The notes below the pieces were generated by a model, which was not told the DNA's origin, made no database searches, and worked only from the letters and a program-made list of their open reading frames with translations. From Takakia lepidozioides (Eukaryota; Plantae; Bryophyta), in NCBI GenBank assembly GCA_030704615.1, contig CM060733.1, positions 45,818,001 to 45,882,000 on the forward strand: DNA of 64,000 nt, given 5' to 3'. A program made the position numbers and the translations under genes. How positions within the stretch are numbered: the first letter of the stretch is position 1; every line of letters starts with the position of its first letter. Positions 1 to 13,301 of the stretch are shown in pieces.

Positions 1-2530
1 TGGCGGAGGAGGAAGACAGAGGAGGTCATCCCAGGGATGACGATAATGAACGTGGACCTCCCAAAAAAAAACCGAAAGGGGCCAGACGCGAACTTCGTTG
101 GGACATATACAATGACCCTAACATTCTTGCGGAACCAGGTTGGGAAGTTTGGAGGATGGCGCAGCGGTGGTCGCTTGGCGACTGCATGAAATTTGTGGAC
201 TGGTGTTACATAAATCGTTTGTGGCCCAGAGATAGGCATGATCTACAAACCAAACAAAATCAAGCTAGCTTGCATTCCTACGCCAACCCGCATTTCCGCC
301 ACATGGCAGAGGAGGTACATGCAACATTGTGGGATCAACCGCTCGTCAACAACAAGGTTTCGTATTTATTTGCGGTCATATTGTACACATAGTTGATTTT
401 ATTGCGACCAATGGATTGGCAAACTGCCACTGCGAGACAACGTACTAGACTATACATGTTCTCTGATATCCCAAACTTGTATATACTTCAGGGGCAGGAC
501 ATCATACGGTTGGATGGAAACGACGAGGTGGAAGAATGAGGAAAGGCAAACCAACCTCCAGGTTACACGCCGCAACAGGTCTCCGCAGCCGGGCCTTCAA
601 CGTCTGAGGTGGAGGGGGGCGAGGTACGCTCTCCGTTGGAGGAACAGTTGGCCGCACATGAACAGCACATCAAGGACCTGCAGGACATTGTTCAATTGCA
701 ACGGTGACAAATAGCGAAGTTGCTGGAAATAATGGGGTTGGGGACTCTCGACAGCGTACGCGGTGTGCTTCAGGACCCGAGGCCAATCACCAACGAGCAA
801 GACATATTGGCGCGTTTGGATATGCCACCAATGGACATTGACCGCGTCATCGACAGAGTTGACTCAATCGGGCATGGGAATGAAATGCAAACGCCTGAAC
901 TGGACCCGGTGAGGGTTGAGTAAGAAAGACTTGTGGCGGAGAAGGCAAGAAAAAGGAAGGACCCCATAGTGGAAACTGGGGAATGTTCAGCCGTGCAAAT
1001 TACATCGGCCCAGGAACAGGAATTAGAGCAACTTGTGGGGGAACGTGAGCAAGCTAGGGCTGTTGCATATCAGTACTCAAATGCCATGCAAATTCAATCG
1101 TGGCCATGGTTGAAGGGGAATTGGCAGAATTGGGTGACATGGGCAGGCCATCTAGCATCGCGGGAAACACAATGGAAGAAGCGTTGTCATCCCTCCAACG
1201 TGCAGCACGTTTGTCGAATCGAAGCGTAGATAGCATCTCTGCTAATTTGCAAAGGCACGACACTGTGCGTGATGTATTCACGTCGAAGTACACTGGATTC
1301 ACCACATGGGGTGACGTGGATGTCATGTTTGAGCACTGTGTGCATACAATTTCCGATACCAATAAGAGCATAAACTGGGATTTGGAAGTAGAGGAGGAGT
1401 GGGACAGCAGGCCGAGGATGTCATCCGACATTCGTGAGGATGAACGGACGTGGATACCACGGAGCAATCCAGCGTCATGGGTAATAGATGGTACGGTGTG
1501 TACAATATGTCTAAACCCTTACGGATCGGATGGAGGCTATATGCTTGGTTCATGTGGCCATTTGTTCCACCCCGCATGTCTCATATCGGCAGCCATGCGA
1601 GCCAGCCAATGCCCTGACTGCCGTGGACCAATCCATCGATATTTCTACGAGTTGTTTGGGTTGCAAGACAATATGCCCACGGGATACGAGTACAACCGGT
1701 ACAACATGCCATTGGATGTATCGCCTTACGATTTTTTAAATTGTCAACACTGGGGGGAGACAATGACATGGGATGCTCCAAGATAGATGCACGTCTTGGA
1801 TGTTATGACGTTATCTAGGGTTAAAGATCCGGTGACCTTTTGGGTGACATCCAACTGGGAAATAACCGTGTGCGCTACAGGCATATGGGACCCAGTCCAA
1901 ATGGAGCTTTTTTGCCGGAACTTGGGAGGGCGTTGGAGCTGTACCAAACAAAGATTCTTCCGATTGCCTGAGGATCCGTGGGTGCCAGCGGAAAACGACC
2001 CATACAATCGCGAACCGATTGGGAGAGACCTATTTCTGAGGGAGTTGGAGGCCGCTAGCATCCGTTGGGATGATATGAATGAGAGGTATTGGGTGCCTCG
2101 TTGGGATGAAGGGCCATTTCCTCCAGAGTTGCGCAGAGACCCCCAGCAGGAGGAGGTGTTGGACAATTTCAAGGCTGCCATCACGAGTGTTGTAAAGTAT
2201 TGGCAGGACACATGGCGTGACCAAGTCGCCTCTATTCCAGGGGTGTTCTTGTCACTTCCAAACATATCGGATTTAATTGAAAAATTGCACGAAGCCGTAG
2301 CAAGAGCGACACACCCGGCTCTGGCAAATATGGAAGAGAGTCAGCACTCGCCTAGAACGCTACGCATGATAGCAAGGGTGGACCACACAACACTGGGTCC
2401 CTCTTTGACCACTCGAGCCCAGACTCGAGCTCTCCGTACTGGTGGAGGCACGTCCTCTACACCCGGAGCATCTTCATCAACATCTGGAGATGACGACAAC
2501 GAAGTAATAAATCTAGATGAAGATGACTAG
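1..2530 (+). pseudogene. Intronless RING-H2 finger protein pseudogene (putative E3 ligase, probable transposon cargo)
   Basis: ORFs 156-392, 720-923 and 933-1229 share one frame separated by single stops. A frameshift near 1100 leads to 1100-1786 and 1787-2530, separated by an in-frame TAG. RING-H2 motif CTICLNPYGSDGGYMLGSCGHLFHPACLISAAMRASQCPDC at about 1499-1625. The start codon probably straddles the window edge. Confidence 0.7.
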
Positions 2531-2599
2531 AAAGGCTAGAAACGTAGGGAGTAGGCCAAAGGTCTCAGGTTGCGAAAACTTAAATGTGTAACCCACTAT

Positions 2600-5500
2600 A
2601 TAGTCTACGTAATTTTTGGAAATACGAGATTCATCCTTTGAACCATTTTTGAATGACCTCATACTTGTTCGGTACCTATTTGACGGCATGTACAATATAC
2701 TCGCAAAGTTTCAAAACAATCAAAAATTGTTGAATGAAGATACCATTGGTTCACCCATTGCAATATTTTAAATCGAACTCATACTTGTCCGGTACCTTTA
2801 AGAGGGCATGTACAATGCAATGGCAAAGTTTGAAAGCATTCAGAAATCAGCACATCAAGTAACCATTGGTTCTTCCTGTGAACCATTTTTTATTGATCTC
2901 ATACTTGTCCGGTCCATGTAAGAGGCATGTAGAACATACTGGCAAAATTTCAAATCATTCAATTTTTTTTTTATTAAGGAACCTTTGGTTTATTCTTTTT
3001 ACCATTAACGATTAATCACGAATAAATGAACAAACGAATTAAATCATTTGCCTCCAAAGAATTTTGGCTCGCTTTTAGACTTGGCCAGTATATTCAATGT
3101 ACCATAAAAGAGGCCCCAGAGTAATATGAGATCAATCGAAATTCGTTCAATGGGCCAACGGATGGTTTCCCATCCAAATGATTTTTGTTCGCTTTGAGAC
3201 TTGGCCAGTGTGTTCAATGTACCCTCTGTTAGGTCCCAGTGTAATATGAGATCAATCAAAATTCGTTCAATGGGCCAATGAGGCATTCGGTTGTCATCTG
3301 GTTTTTGTTCATTGCGAAAAAGAAATCTTGCAATGCGTGCACGGCTATTGCACCCATTGATCGGATGTGGTTGAACCCCCTCTTTTGCCCGCATGTGCTT
3401 AAACATGTGTGCGACACATGTGTGGAGACACAACAGACGAATAAATCATTTGCCTCCCCCATCGACACCAAGCCATTCCAGAATGTAATTGAATTTCAAT
3501 TAATTTTAAGCTAATAAATAGGTTTGCACTGCCTTTCATTGGGGGTTTCTGGCACGTATCGATTTTGTTTTTGGCTCAATTTTGTTTTGCGGCTTCAAGC
3601 ATCCCACTACTACTTCCCCGCCAAAATTTGGACCAATAAAAAATGCCCCAAAAAAAAAGTGTTCTCTTCGCTCACTATTGCAAAACTCTCCATAAAGAGT
3701 ACATGAAAAAAAGCACAAATCAAGTTTGGAGTGCAAAACAGGCAAGAAACTGTGGTTTTGGGTCCAAATGAATCTTGATCGCTCCCAAATTTGACACGCA
3801 CGTTGCATATGGAGTCACTACACGCCCCATTCAAAAACGGAATGAAAAAAAGAACATGAGCGCGCGAAACGCAGTCCAACCTGTCCCAAAGTAATAGCAG
3901 ATCCAACAAATACATTCAATGGGTGAACGGACGGTTGCCTATCCAAATCATTTTTGTTTGCTTCCAAACTTTGCCAGTATGTTCGACACACCCTCTCACA
4001 AGTCCCGGACTAATATCAGATCAATTGAAATTCATTCAATGGCTCAACGGATGGTTGGCCATCGAAATGATTTTGGTTCGCTTTGAGACTTGGCCAGTAT
4101 GTTCAATGTACCATAAAAGAGGCCCCAGAGTAATATGAGATCAATCGAAATTCGTTCAATGGGCCAACGGATGGTTGCCCATCCAAATGATTTTTGTTCG
4201 CTTTGAGACTTGGCCAGTGTGTTCAATGTACCCTCTGATAGGTCCCAGTGTAATATGAGATCAATCAAAATTCGTTCGATGGGCCAATGAGGCATTCAGT
4301 TGTCATCTGGTTTTTGTTCATTCCGAAAAAATAATCCTGCAATGCGTGCACGGCTATTGCACCCATTGATCGGATGTGGTTGAACCCCCTCTTTTGCCCG
4401 CATGTGCTTGAACATGTGTGCGACACATGTGTGGAAACACAATAGACGAATAAATCATTTGCCTCCCCATTGACACCAAGCCATTCCAGAATGTAATTGA
4501 ATTTCAATTAATTTTAAGCCAATAAATAGGTTTGCATTGCCTTTCATTGGGGGTTTCTGGCACGTATCGATTTTGTTTTTGGCTCAATTTTGTTTTGCGG
4601 CTTCAAGCATCCCACTGCTACTTCCCCGCCAAAATTTGGACCAATAAAAAATGCCCCAAAAAAAAAATGTTCTCTTTCGCTCTCTATTTCAGAACTCTCT
4701 ATGAAGAGTACATGAAGTAGAGCACAAATCAAGTTTGGAGTGCAAAACTGTGGTTTTGGGTCCAAATGAATTTTGATCGCTCCCAAATTTGGCACGCACG
4801 TTGCATGGAGTCACTACACGCCCCATTCAAAAACGGAATGAAAAAAAAACATGAGCATGCGAAATGCAGTCCAGCAAATCCAACATAATATATTCAATGG
4901 GTGAACGGATGGTTGCCCATCCAAATCACTTTTGTTTGCTTCCAAACTTTGCCAGTACGTTTGAGACACCTCTCACTAGTCCCGGACTAATATCAGATCA
5001 ATCAAAATTCATTCGATGGCTCAACAGATGGTTGGCCATCGAAATGATTTTGGTTCGCTTTGAGACTTGGCCAGTATGTTCAATGTACCATGAAAGAGGC
5101 CCCAAAGTAATATGAGATCAATCGAAATTGGTTCAATAGGCCTACAGATGGTTGCCCATCCAAATGATTTTCGTTCGCTTTGAGACTTGGCCAGTGTGTT
5201 CAATGTACCCTCTGATAGGTCCCAGTGTAATATGAGATCAATCGTTAACGATTAATCATGAATTATCCAACAAGGGAACTATTGGTTCACCCTTTGAACC
5301 ATTTTACATTGACATCATACTTGTCCAGTAACTTTAAGATGGCATGTACAAGACACTCGCAAAGTTTCAAATCAATCCAAAATCATTTGGCAGGGGAATG
5401 ATTCACCTATAGCCAATTTTAGGGGCTCAAATTGCCATTTCAGAGGCTGCACTAGCAATTGCAATTTCACAGGCTACAATTGCAATTTGAGGGGCGGGAA

Positions 5501-7000
5501 TTGCCATTTCAGGGGCTAGAAGTGCAATGTGAGGGGTTGGAATTGACAATTTCAAGGGCTCAAATTACAATTTGAGATGCGGTCAGGGTTGGTCATTTTA
5601 GGGACTGGCATTACCAATTTTAAGGGCTTGAATTGCATTTTGAATTGTAATTCAAGGGTTAGAATGGGCCATTGGGGGCTAGAATTACCAAAGCAATGAC
5701 ATCCAAAACAATATAAAATCATTTGATAGCGGAATGATTGGTTCACCCTTTCAACCATTTTTTATTCACGTCATACTTGTCCGATACTTGTAAGAGGGCA
5801 TGTGGCTGACACTTGCAAAGCTTCAAAGCAATGTAAAATCATTTGATTGGGGAACAATTGGTTCACCCTTTCAACCATATTTTACTGACCTTATACTTGT
5901 CCGGTACCTTTAAAATGGCATGTGAAAGACACTTGCAAAGCTTTAAAGCACTCAAAAATCATTTGATATGTTCATGATTGATTCACCCTTTCAACCATTT
6001 TAGATTGACTTGAAACTTGTGAAAGACCTGTAAGATGACATGTACAAGACACTTGCAAAGTTTCAAATCAATTTAAAATCATTTGGTAGGGGGACGATTG
6101 GTTCACCCTTTAAACCATTTTAGATTGATGTCATACTTCTCAAAGACGTGTAAGAGGGCATGTAAAAGACACTTTCAAAGTTTCGGAGCAATAAAATATC
6201 ATTTCATCGGGGAAGTTTCCGTTCACCCTTTCATCCAATTTTGAATTGAACTGGATTTTTACTAAATAAAATGATTTATAGGGCATAGGATTGTGGGGCG
6301 CAATGAGTGTGGGGCGGAATGATTTTGTTTTTTGCTTGATTTTATTCTGTGAGTCGAACCCTCACACCACCACATCCTTGCCAAAAAATGTACCAAAGAA
6401 AAATGTTTGAAAAAAAATGTTCATCATTTGCTCTATGCTCATTATTGCAAAACTCTCTATGAAGAGTGCATGAAGTTGAAGATAACTTCACCTTGGAGTG
6501 CAAATGAGGGAATAAAATGTGTTTTGGATGCAGACGATGTCTGTTCATGGTGATATTTTGCATGCAACTCTTCATGTTGTTATCAAGCATATGGCTTCAG
6601 AATGGAATTAAAAACAATTCATGTGCAGGCGAAAGGTTGTTTCCCGTCTATACGACACATACCTCCGTTATGAATTTGAATAACCCATTCAAACAGTTTT
6701 GTTGAAGTTCAACTTTGGTCCATATGTGCTTAAGTACGTACAAATCACATACACAAAGTTGCAAGCGAAGAAAAAATCATTTACCCCCCGAACGACTCGT
6801 TAAACCTTTCAACCAATTTTCAATCATGAATCATTTAATAGGGGAACTATTGGTTCACCCTTAGAACCATTTTAGATTGACCTCATACTTGTCCGGTAAC
6901 TTAAAGAGGGTATGTACAAGATACTCCCAAAGTTTCAAATCAATCTAAAATCATTTGGTAGGGGAACGATTGGTTCACCCATTGACCCGGTGTACACTGT
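2600..7000. repeat. AT-rich ~119-bp satellite region with forward and inverted blocks and a ~1-kb tandem duplication
   Basis: Unit ...attggttcaccctttgaaccatttt..attgacctcatacttgtccggtacc..aagagggcatgtacaa..gcaaagtttcaaa.. recurs at about 2630-3000, 5270-5410, 5720-6240 and 6830-6985. A diverged reverse-complement version recurs within 3050-5245. About 3065-4070 is duplicated at about 4075-5050, with a partial third copy to about 5243. Short aattgccatttcaggggct-type repeats at 5410-5700. Confidence 0.85.
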
Positions 7001-7150
7001 CACTCTTCAAGATTCGTGGGTGTGGTGCTTGATTATCCCATATGATGGACCCAGGTGCCATGGCCAAGTAACAAACCATTAAAACATTATGGTACGAGAC
7101 AAACACAATTAAAAACAACATTTATTCAAACATGATGTACAGTCAGAGGT

Positions 7151-8660
7151 CTACAAGTTTCTATCCATCCTCCAGCAATTTTTGGGCTCAGGACAATTGA
7201 ATAGCCCCGTCATAAAACGCTTCACAATATTTTCTAATTTGTACCGCAACTCTACTGTGTTTACACGCAAGTTTTCCAGAGCCGAAGCAAAACAGGTTCC
7301 AGTAGACATATCGTTGAACAGACTTGCATCGAACGTGTTACCCCCAATTATTGTCTGGGCTATCTTTCCCAATTGCAAAGATATCTGATGGTACGGTTAG
7401 AGGGGCCTACGAGGTGTGTCATCTGACTGGTTGTTGGCTACATTATGAACAATTGCAATTTCAGGTGCAATCCACCATCTATGTGCGAGAGTCTTTATCA
7501 TCTTGTCTTTGCTCTCGAAAATTTACAACATGGTTTTTGGGTCATCCGTCATGGAGGCCATCCCCCAATCGCATACCCCGATGTACACATCTTCAGACCC
7601 TTGTGGAAAATGCAACAAGATGTTGTCGGGGGACATGTCGTTGTGCAAGAGGTGGTGATTATGGACATTGAGCATGATGTGCAAAAGCGCCCATGCCAAT
7701 TGGGTACGATTCTGTCGGAATCGAACCAGTCGGTTGACCTCCAGCATTTCCTGCTCCGTCCCCCGTCGTTCCATTAGCTCCATGTTATCCCGATCATTCC
7801 CCCATTTCCTGTCAACACTCAATCATGATTGTATGGTCCCCCCATTCCACCAATGTGTATAACCTTCATTTCGACGTGGATGCAACGCAAAATACTTTAT
7901 GATGCCGAAATGATGGAACTTTACAGCCAACGCCTCATTGTTATGTTGGACTTTGGCAAGCTCAGCATTTGTTTCCCTGGGCGTTTTCCTCTGCTAGCTC
8001 CCAGGATGGAGGAATGAATTGATCCCCAACAATTCTAACCCTCCGAATTGTACCATACCATCCCTGTTTGGGCGCGTCGAGTTGTTGTATCTGTGCGTTT
8101 GTGGATATGTATCTCACGTTCAATGCCGCATCCGCGGACGAGGACCCTGCCTTCCATGGGAGTGGTTTCATACGTCGTTTGACGTGGGCATTTGCTATGT
8201 CAGACCACCAATCCACAAGCACAAACAACTCCTCCTCTGAAGTTGGCATGCGACCTTTAGCTACAAGTGTTCTCGTAACAAGCTTGTCCATGGTTTGCTT
8301 CAGATTTCATGTGGCATCATGGGCCCGGTCCTCCATCCATTTCGTGAACTGGAACTTCGCCCTGTCCTCCTCCCATTCATCCCCGGCCAAAGCCTCCCTC
8401 ATTCTCATCTCCATATTGTGCTGGAATCTAAGGAACCCCTTATTCCCATGTTGGACATACCAAAGATTCAAACACATTATGTCATTGTCCTTCAAATAAT
8501 CCAGCACTACTTGCTTCACCACCTTCGCGGCCTCTGCGTTTGGATAGCCTTTTTTGTTGACCTGACTATCCCGTTCATGTGCATGTTTACGCTTCCTACC
8601 TTTACGCCCACTTCCCGAGGAACCCCTTGACACTGCATTCGAAGCAATGTTTCCGGACAT
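7151..8660 (-). pseudogene. Intronless protein kinase pseudogene (probable transposon cargo)
   Basis: ORF pieces 8307-8660, 7962-8291, 7523-7822 and 7151-7378. Kinase motifs occur in order: GWYGTI (Gly loop), LHNDMSPDNILL (catalytic loop), VCDWGMA (DFG equivalent), WWIAPE (APE). Several stops and frameshifts. Confidence 0.85.
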
Positions 8661-9043
8661 GATGAAAGTACTCTGCGGAATAGACGCGGCTTCGTAACGA
8701 AAAACTAAACCCAGACTATTTGATAACCTTATATACTAGCAGACCAATTTCCTCACCCTCTATTGGTATAGTACCCAAAGCAAACTGTCTCCCACAGTCC
8801 CAGGAAAAAAAGGCAAAAACTCCTCCCCCATATCCACTCCCCCCCCCCCCCCCCCCGCCCACGACACAGTCCTTGCCACCGAAGTTGAAACTCCAATAAG
8901 CCCCAGAACCACACTCACAGAGAGGGAAAAAAATGGGTTGGGAATGAGGGGTAGGCCCTTATATACTGCCTAGAGAAGCCTACCTTGAGCGGCGCACGAC
9001 CGCCTCTGCTGCCCATTCACGCCTCGCCACGTGTTTAGGTAGC

Positions 9044-9510
9044 GGTCGCACCTATGGGTGGTCGCAGCTAATAACAAAACAAAAAAAGTGCTGCGACCCC
9101 CCCTTGCTGGTGGTCGCACATTTTTAAAAACAAAACGAAAATGTGCGACCCCCCATAAGTGGTCGTACCTAATAACAAAAAAAAAAAAGTCTGCGACCAC
9201 CACTGGCTGGTGGTCGCACCCATTTAAAAAATAATTAAAAATATGCGACCATCCCCTGCTGGTGGTCGCACCTATTTTAAAAAAATGAAAATGTTGCGAC
9301 CACCACCTGCTGGTGGTCGCACCCAATTTAAAAAAAGAAAAAATGTGCGACCACCAGCTGCTTGTGGTCGCACCTATTAAAAAAAATGAAAATGCTGCGA
9401 CCACCACCTGCTGGTGGTCGCACCCATTTAAAAAATAAGAAAAAATATGCGACCACCCCCTTCTGGTGGTCGCACATTTTTTTTTAAAAAAAAAATGTCC
9501 GACCAACCGT
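9044..9510. repeat. Array of 8 palindromes (TGCGACCACC-n7-GGTGGTCGCA) separated by ~24-bp A-tract spacers, period ~51 bp
   Basis: Full units start at about 9092, 9144, 9192, 9244, 9295, 9346, 9396 and 9448, with half-sites at both ends. Confidence 0.9.
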
Positions 9511-10239
9511 TGCTGACAGTCACATGATTGACAATGTAAATCATAATATATAAATTTTATAGATAAATAATGAAGTCCACGTAATGAGGCCACATCGGTT
9601 GCCACGTCGGTTCTCATAGTAAATAGTCAATAGTATAGTAAAAAAATAAACATATTTATGTACAGTAACGTCCGTTTAGGACGTGACGTGACGCAGACGC
9701 GTCAACGCCACGTCATGTCCAAATTTGCAACTAGGCCATTGTGGGAAGAGCATTAGTTACCAACCAGGTTTTGGAGGCATCCATGTGGTTTTCTACGGCA
9801 GTTTTGGATGCCATTTGTCATCTGCAACAAGGGTGTGCACCCTCTAGTCAACCTCCAGCGTAGCTACGACGTGAGCCCAGCCCCGTGAGTCTGGGAGCTG
9901 AGCTCATGTTGTAGCTGCAAAGCGTGAGCGGCACAAATGTGCTGGAGAAGCAGGCCCTATAGGCGAGGATTGCAGGAAGAGGGCCTATTACCGTGGACAA
10001 AACAAAGGGGCCACCATGCACCATGTCTGCAATGTTTGCACAAAAAGAGGAATATGAACATATGGCAGATTTGAGCTCAGAATGATCGTCACACTTTATT
10101 TCAATTCAGAGAAAGACGCCTACAATGAATGGCATGTACAATTGCCTTGGTTCTGCGAATAAAATGTATGTGTCTGTCCTACATGCAAAGACTCCACACG
10201 ATAAGTTGGAAACCAGCACGGGGAGTGGGCATGGCTCGT

Positions 10240-13200
10240 TCATTGAGAATGTGGCGGAGCCCCACGGCAGGTGTCTCGCTGCAGAAGAGTGATGACTTCT
10301 CCATAGCCTAGTGTGGCTTGGTGAATGAATTGGTCTCTCTTACTGTCGCAGCACATAATTACAAGGTATATGTAATATTGATGCTTGCAGGGGACCCACT
10401 TCCCTCTCATGCCGAGAGCGCCCTCACGCATCGTTACAAAATCTGGACAAGTGCACGCAGGGAAATTCCCCACGATAACCTGATATTCTTTGTCATGAAG
10501 AACTGAGCCAGTAGACAATAATACGAGTCACCCGAGCCTGCAAAATTCTAGCCGATTCTATCTTGCAGTCGTGATCTACACCCGAAGCGACACGGCGCAC
10601 TGTTTTTCCATCTCTTTTTGTTGGGTGGGAGTCGGCACCGGGTGGAGGCATTGCCGGAGCATGTGGCACATCTGTGCCCAGAGTACATGAGGGCACCATC
10701 CGGGACCATGCAAGACGGAACCCCCCCTCCTCCAGCATGCTTATCTCGTTTGATGACAGTGACGTCCCAAGTTTCACAGGCCAAATTGCGGGGGGAGGGG
10801 GCTTCATTATCACCGAAGGACGAACTGTTCCCTTGACGCATCGTGCCATATCGTCTGGGCAGAACCAGAACTTGTGGTCTTTTGACTCCCCACTATAATA
10901 AGGTCGGAAGAACCCTATGAATGTTGGAGCTGGAGTCCCCCTGGAGCCTTTGCATATTTTTTATTTGCATTTCTTGAAAGAGGGGGTCCGAATTGCCATG
11001 CAAGCCACTCTAGATCTTGGTGGGGTGCGTTCTATATGCCACTCACTGTCAATGCAATCAGATTCATGCACCAAGGACACCACCTCCTCCCATGGGATTC
11101 TTGCTGCTGTGCTTGCATGATTTGCATCTGCTCCACTGGAAGAGGACCCACCTGGGAAGGGGCGGGCACATGACTTAGTCTGCACCGGAGACACCTTTGG
11201 TACAGAGAAATTGACCCTGTCCGGCCGATGGGAATCTCCATCCGACCCTGGAGGAGTGTTCAATTTCCTTTTGCAGGATCCAAATGTTTCCTCGCCTTCC
11301 AAATGGGGGACCCTGGATTGCAAATGGGTGCCTTCAGTGCACCTGCTCAGAGCTCTGGCCATCTTCGATGGGTCTCCGGACCTGCTCGCAGCCCTTAGCA
11401 TCAACAAAGTCGTATCAGGGCCCTTGCCTCCTCCCCGTCCCATCAAAAAATTGTTGTGTAAGTGCCCGCACCATGTCATCTATAGTGGCCACATACAAGT
11501 CACGTCCTGCTTTGGTAGACTGCTGCATCCAGGCGTTGTGAACAGTCTCCGCCAAATTACAGGAAGGCATGTCGGCCAAGTCCTCCAAGGACATGTCATG
11601 CAGGAGGCATTGCACGCAAATGTGAGGAACGAAAGGAAATGGAAAAGGTTCTGTAAGTGACAATCCAACAACCCCAAAGGAACTGGTACGATGCAAAGTG
11701 AAATTTGTGTTTTTGGGATTGAAAAGGCTTACCGTCGTCATGAAAGCTCCCCACTGTCTGTACCTGAAGTGCCAGAAAACCAACCAGTCCTCCAACTCCT
11801 TCAGGTGGATCCCAGTAGTAGCACCAGAGGAGAACCGCCAAGCCCGGATTGCTTGGTAAGTGCTCTCAGCTTCTCCCATTGAGGTGGCATTTTTGTATTG
11901 GAGGCAGAGCCTTCTATGCTCCAACTGGAGGTCAGGTCGAATGCAGTGCTTTGTATGACGTGCCAGAGATTGACTCCAATGGAAGTGGCATGTGCGCTCC
12001 CTATTTTCCATTGGGACCTTAGGATCCTTCAAACCAAAGACGCGCTGCACTGCATTGAAATTTGCCTGTGCACTATCAGCCATGAACCCCGTAAAATTTA
12101 TGTTCTGTATTCCATTGCGCTGCAGTTGTATTTGTTTGGGTTTGGCACCAGGTCTCAACTTAACCTCATCTTGGACGAGCTGCTCTGCCTCGTGGGCAGC
12201 CTCCTGTGAGTCCCCCCTCGCCAATTTGTGACAATGGGAACCAACGTGTATGCAAGCTCGTGTGAGGTCAGGGAAACGGTGCAACACATAGAACTGCTTG
12301 GCATTACAAACAGACATGCAATGTGGTGATTCTTTGCAATGCGCACACTTAAATGTGGAGTTTGGAACCTTCTCCTGAGCTCGAAATGGTTGATAAGCTG
12401 TGCCTGTCCAATCCATCTCGTTCCTGTGACCTCTGGATTTAAAGTGGAAGCAAGTTGGAGAGAAACACCGCAATGCACCCTCACAAACAACGTAGCGCAC
12501 CCGCACACCATCGAGCATCTTCATGCTGGTGATTTTGGTGACGCACCAAGGATGACCGTCATGTTTCCTATCCATATCTGTCAACATTCTGGACGCCCTC
12601 GAATAGTCCGTTCGAGGAGGGAACTCAAAGAAGATATTACCGTTGATGTCTGCGGGAAGGCATGTAACGAATTTAATTGCGAACTTGCTGTAGTCCAGCC
12701 CAACCAGCTCCGAGTGGTGTCCCTCCATGTGAACCCCTCGCAAAATTTCAAGAATGGATCGAATTGCTGAGCTCGTGCTGGGAATATGACTCCCTCGTCC
12801 GCTACTGTCCATTGAGGACTTGCCTGATCTCCAGGATGATCTTGGAACTTCCATGACCTCGTCTGAGTTGGACAGGTTGTGAACAACCCGGTTCTCGCTC
12901 ATCTTCATTGATGGGGTCGGCTCTGGATTTGCTTCGTTGCGGACTTCTCTCTTTGAGGTACCCAGTCTCTGATTCGCGGATTGTTTCGTAGAAGGCGCCA
13001 GGATAAAAGGTGCATTTGGCGGGCAAATGAAGTCCCCAACAGCCCTGTATATGACGCTGTCCGATGGTGGAACTCGCCATTCCCTGCCGTCGCCAAAATC
13101 ATCGTGGAGCACAACAATACTTTCGACTACAACTCCGTTTGAATCCTTCCTTTCCTCCTCCAAAAATACCGACCCCGGTTTCAGGTGGTATCGAACGCAG

Positions 13201-13301
13201 AGATATTTCTCCATCACCCGGCAGATGTCCCCTCTGCATGGAAATGTAGCTCTATGCTCGTGAGGAGGGCAGTACACTATAGCGCTCGGGTTTTCTGCCA
13301 T
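10240..13301 (-). mobile_element. Mutator-like (MULE) transposase pseudogene with GCM-type Zn-finger DNA-binding domain and C-terminal SWIM finger
   Basis: ORF 11415-13343 has a W..C-x-G-x3-C-x4-C..CxxC..C-x-A..H-x-G-x-H-x-H pattern (GCM-like), then GFMADSAQANFNAVQRVF, RTCHFHW (MULE CxxH) and CNLAETVH (catalytic E). It continues through 10961-11479 and 10493-10849 to SWIM ACTCPDF...PCKH in 10240-10518. Likely intron at about 11600-11731. Stops and frameshifts present. Confidence 0.8.

Noticed and set aside
3044-6705. Short ORFs in the AT-rich repeat region
   Set aside because: Duplicated satellite sequence with no protein-like features.
9044-9510. CRISPR array
   Set aside because: The repeats are palindromic and regularly spaced, but the spacers are mutually similar A-tracts, no cas genes are visible and the context is eukaryotic.
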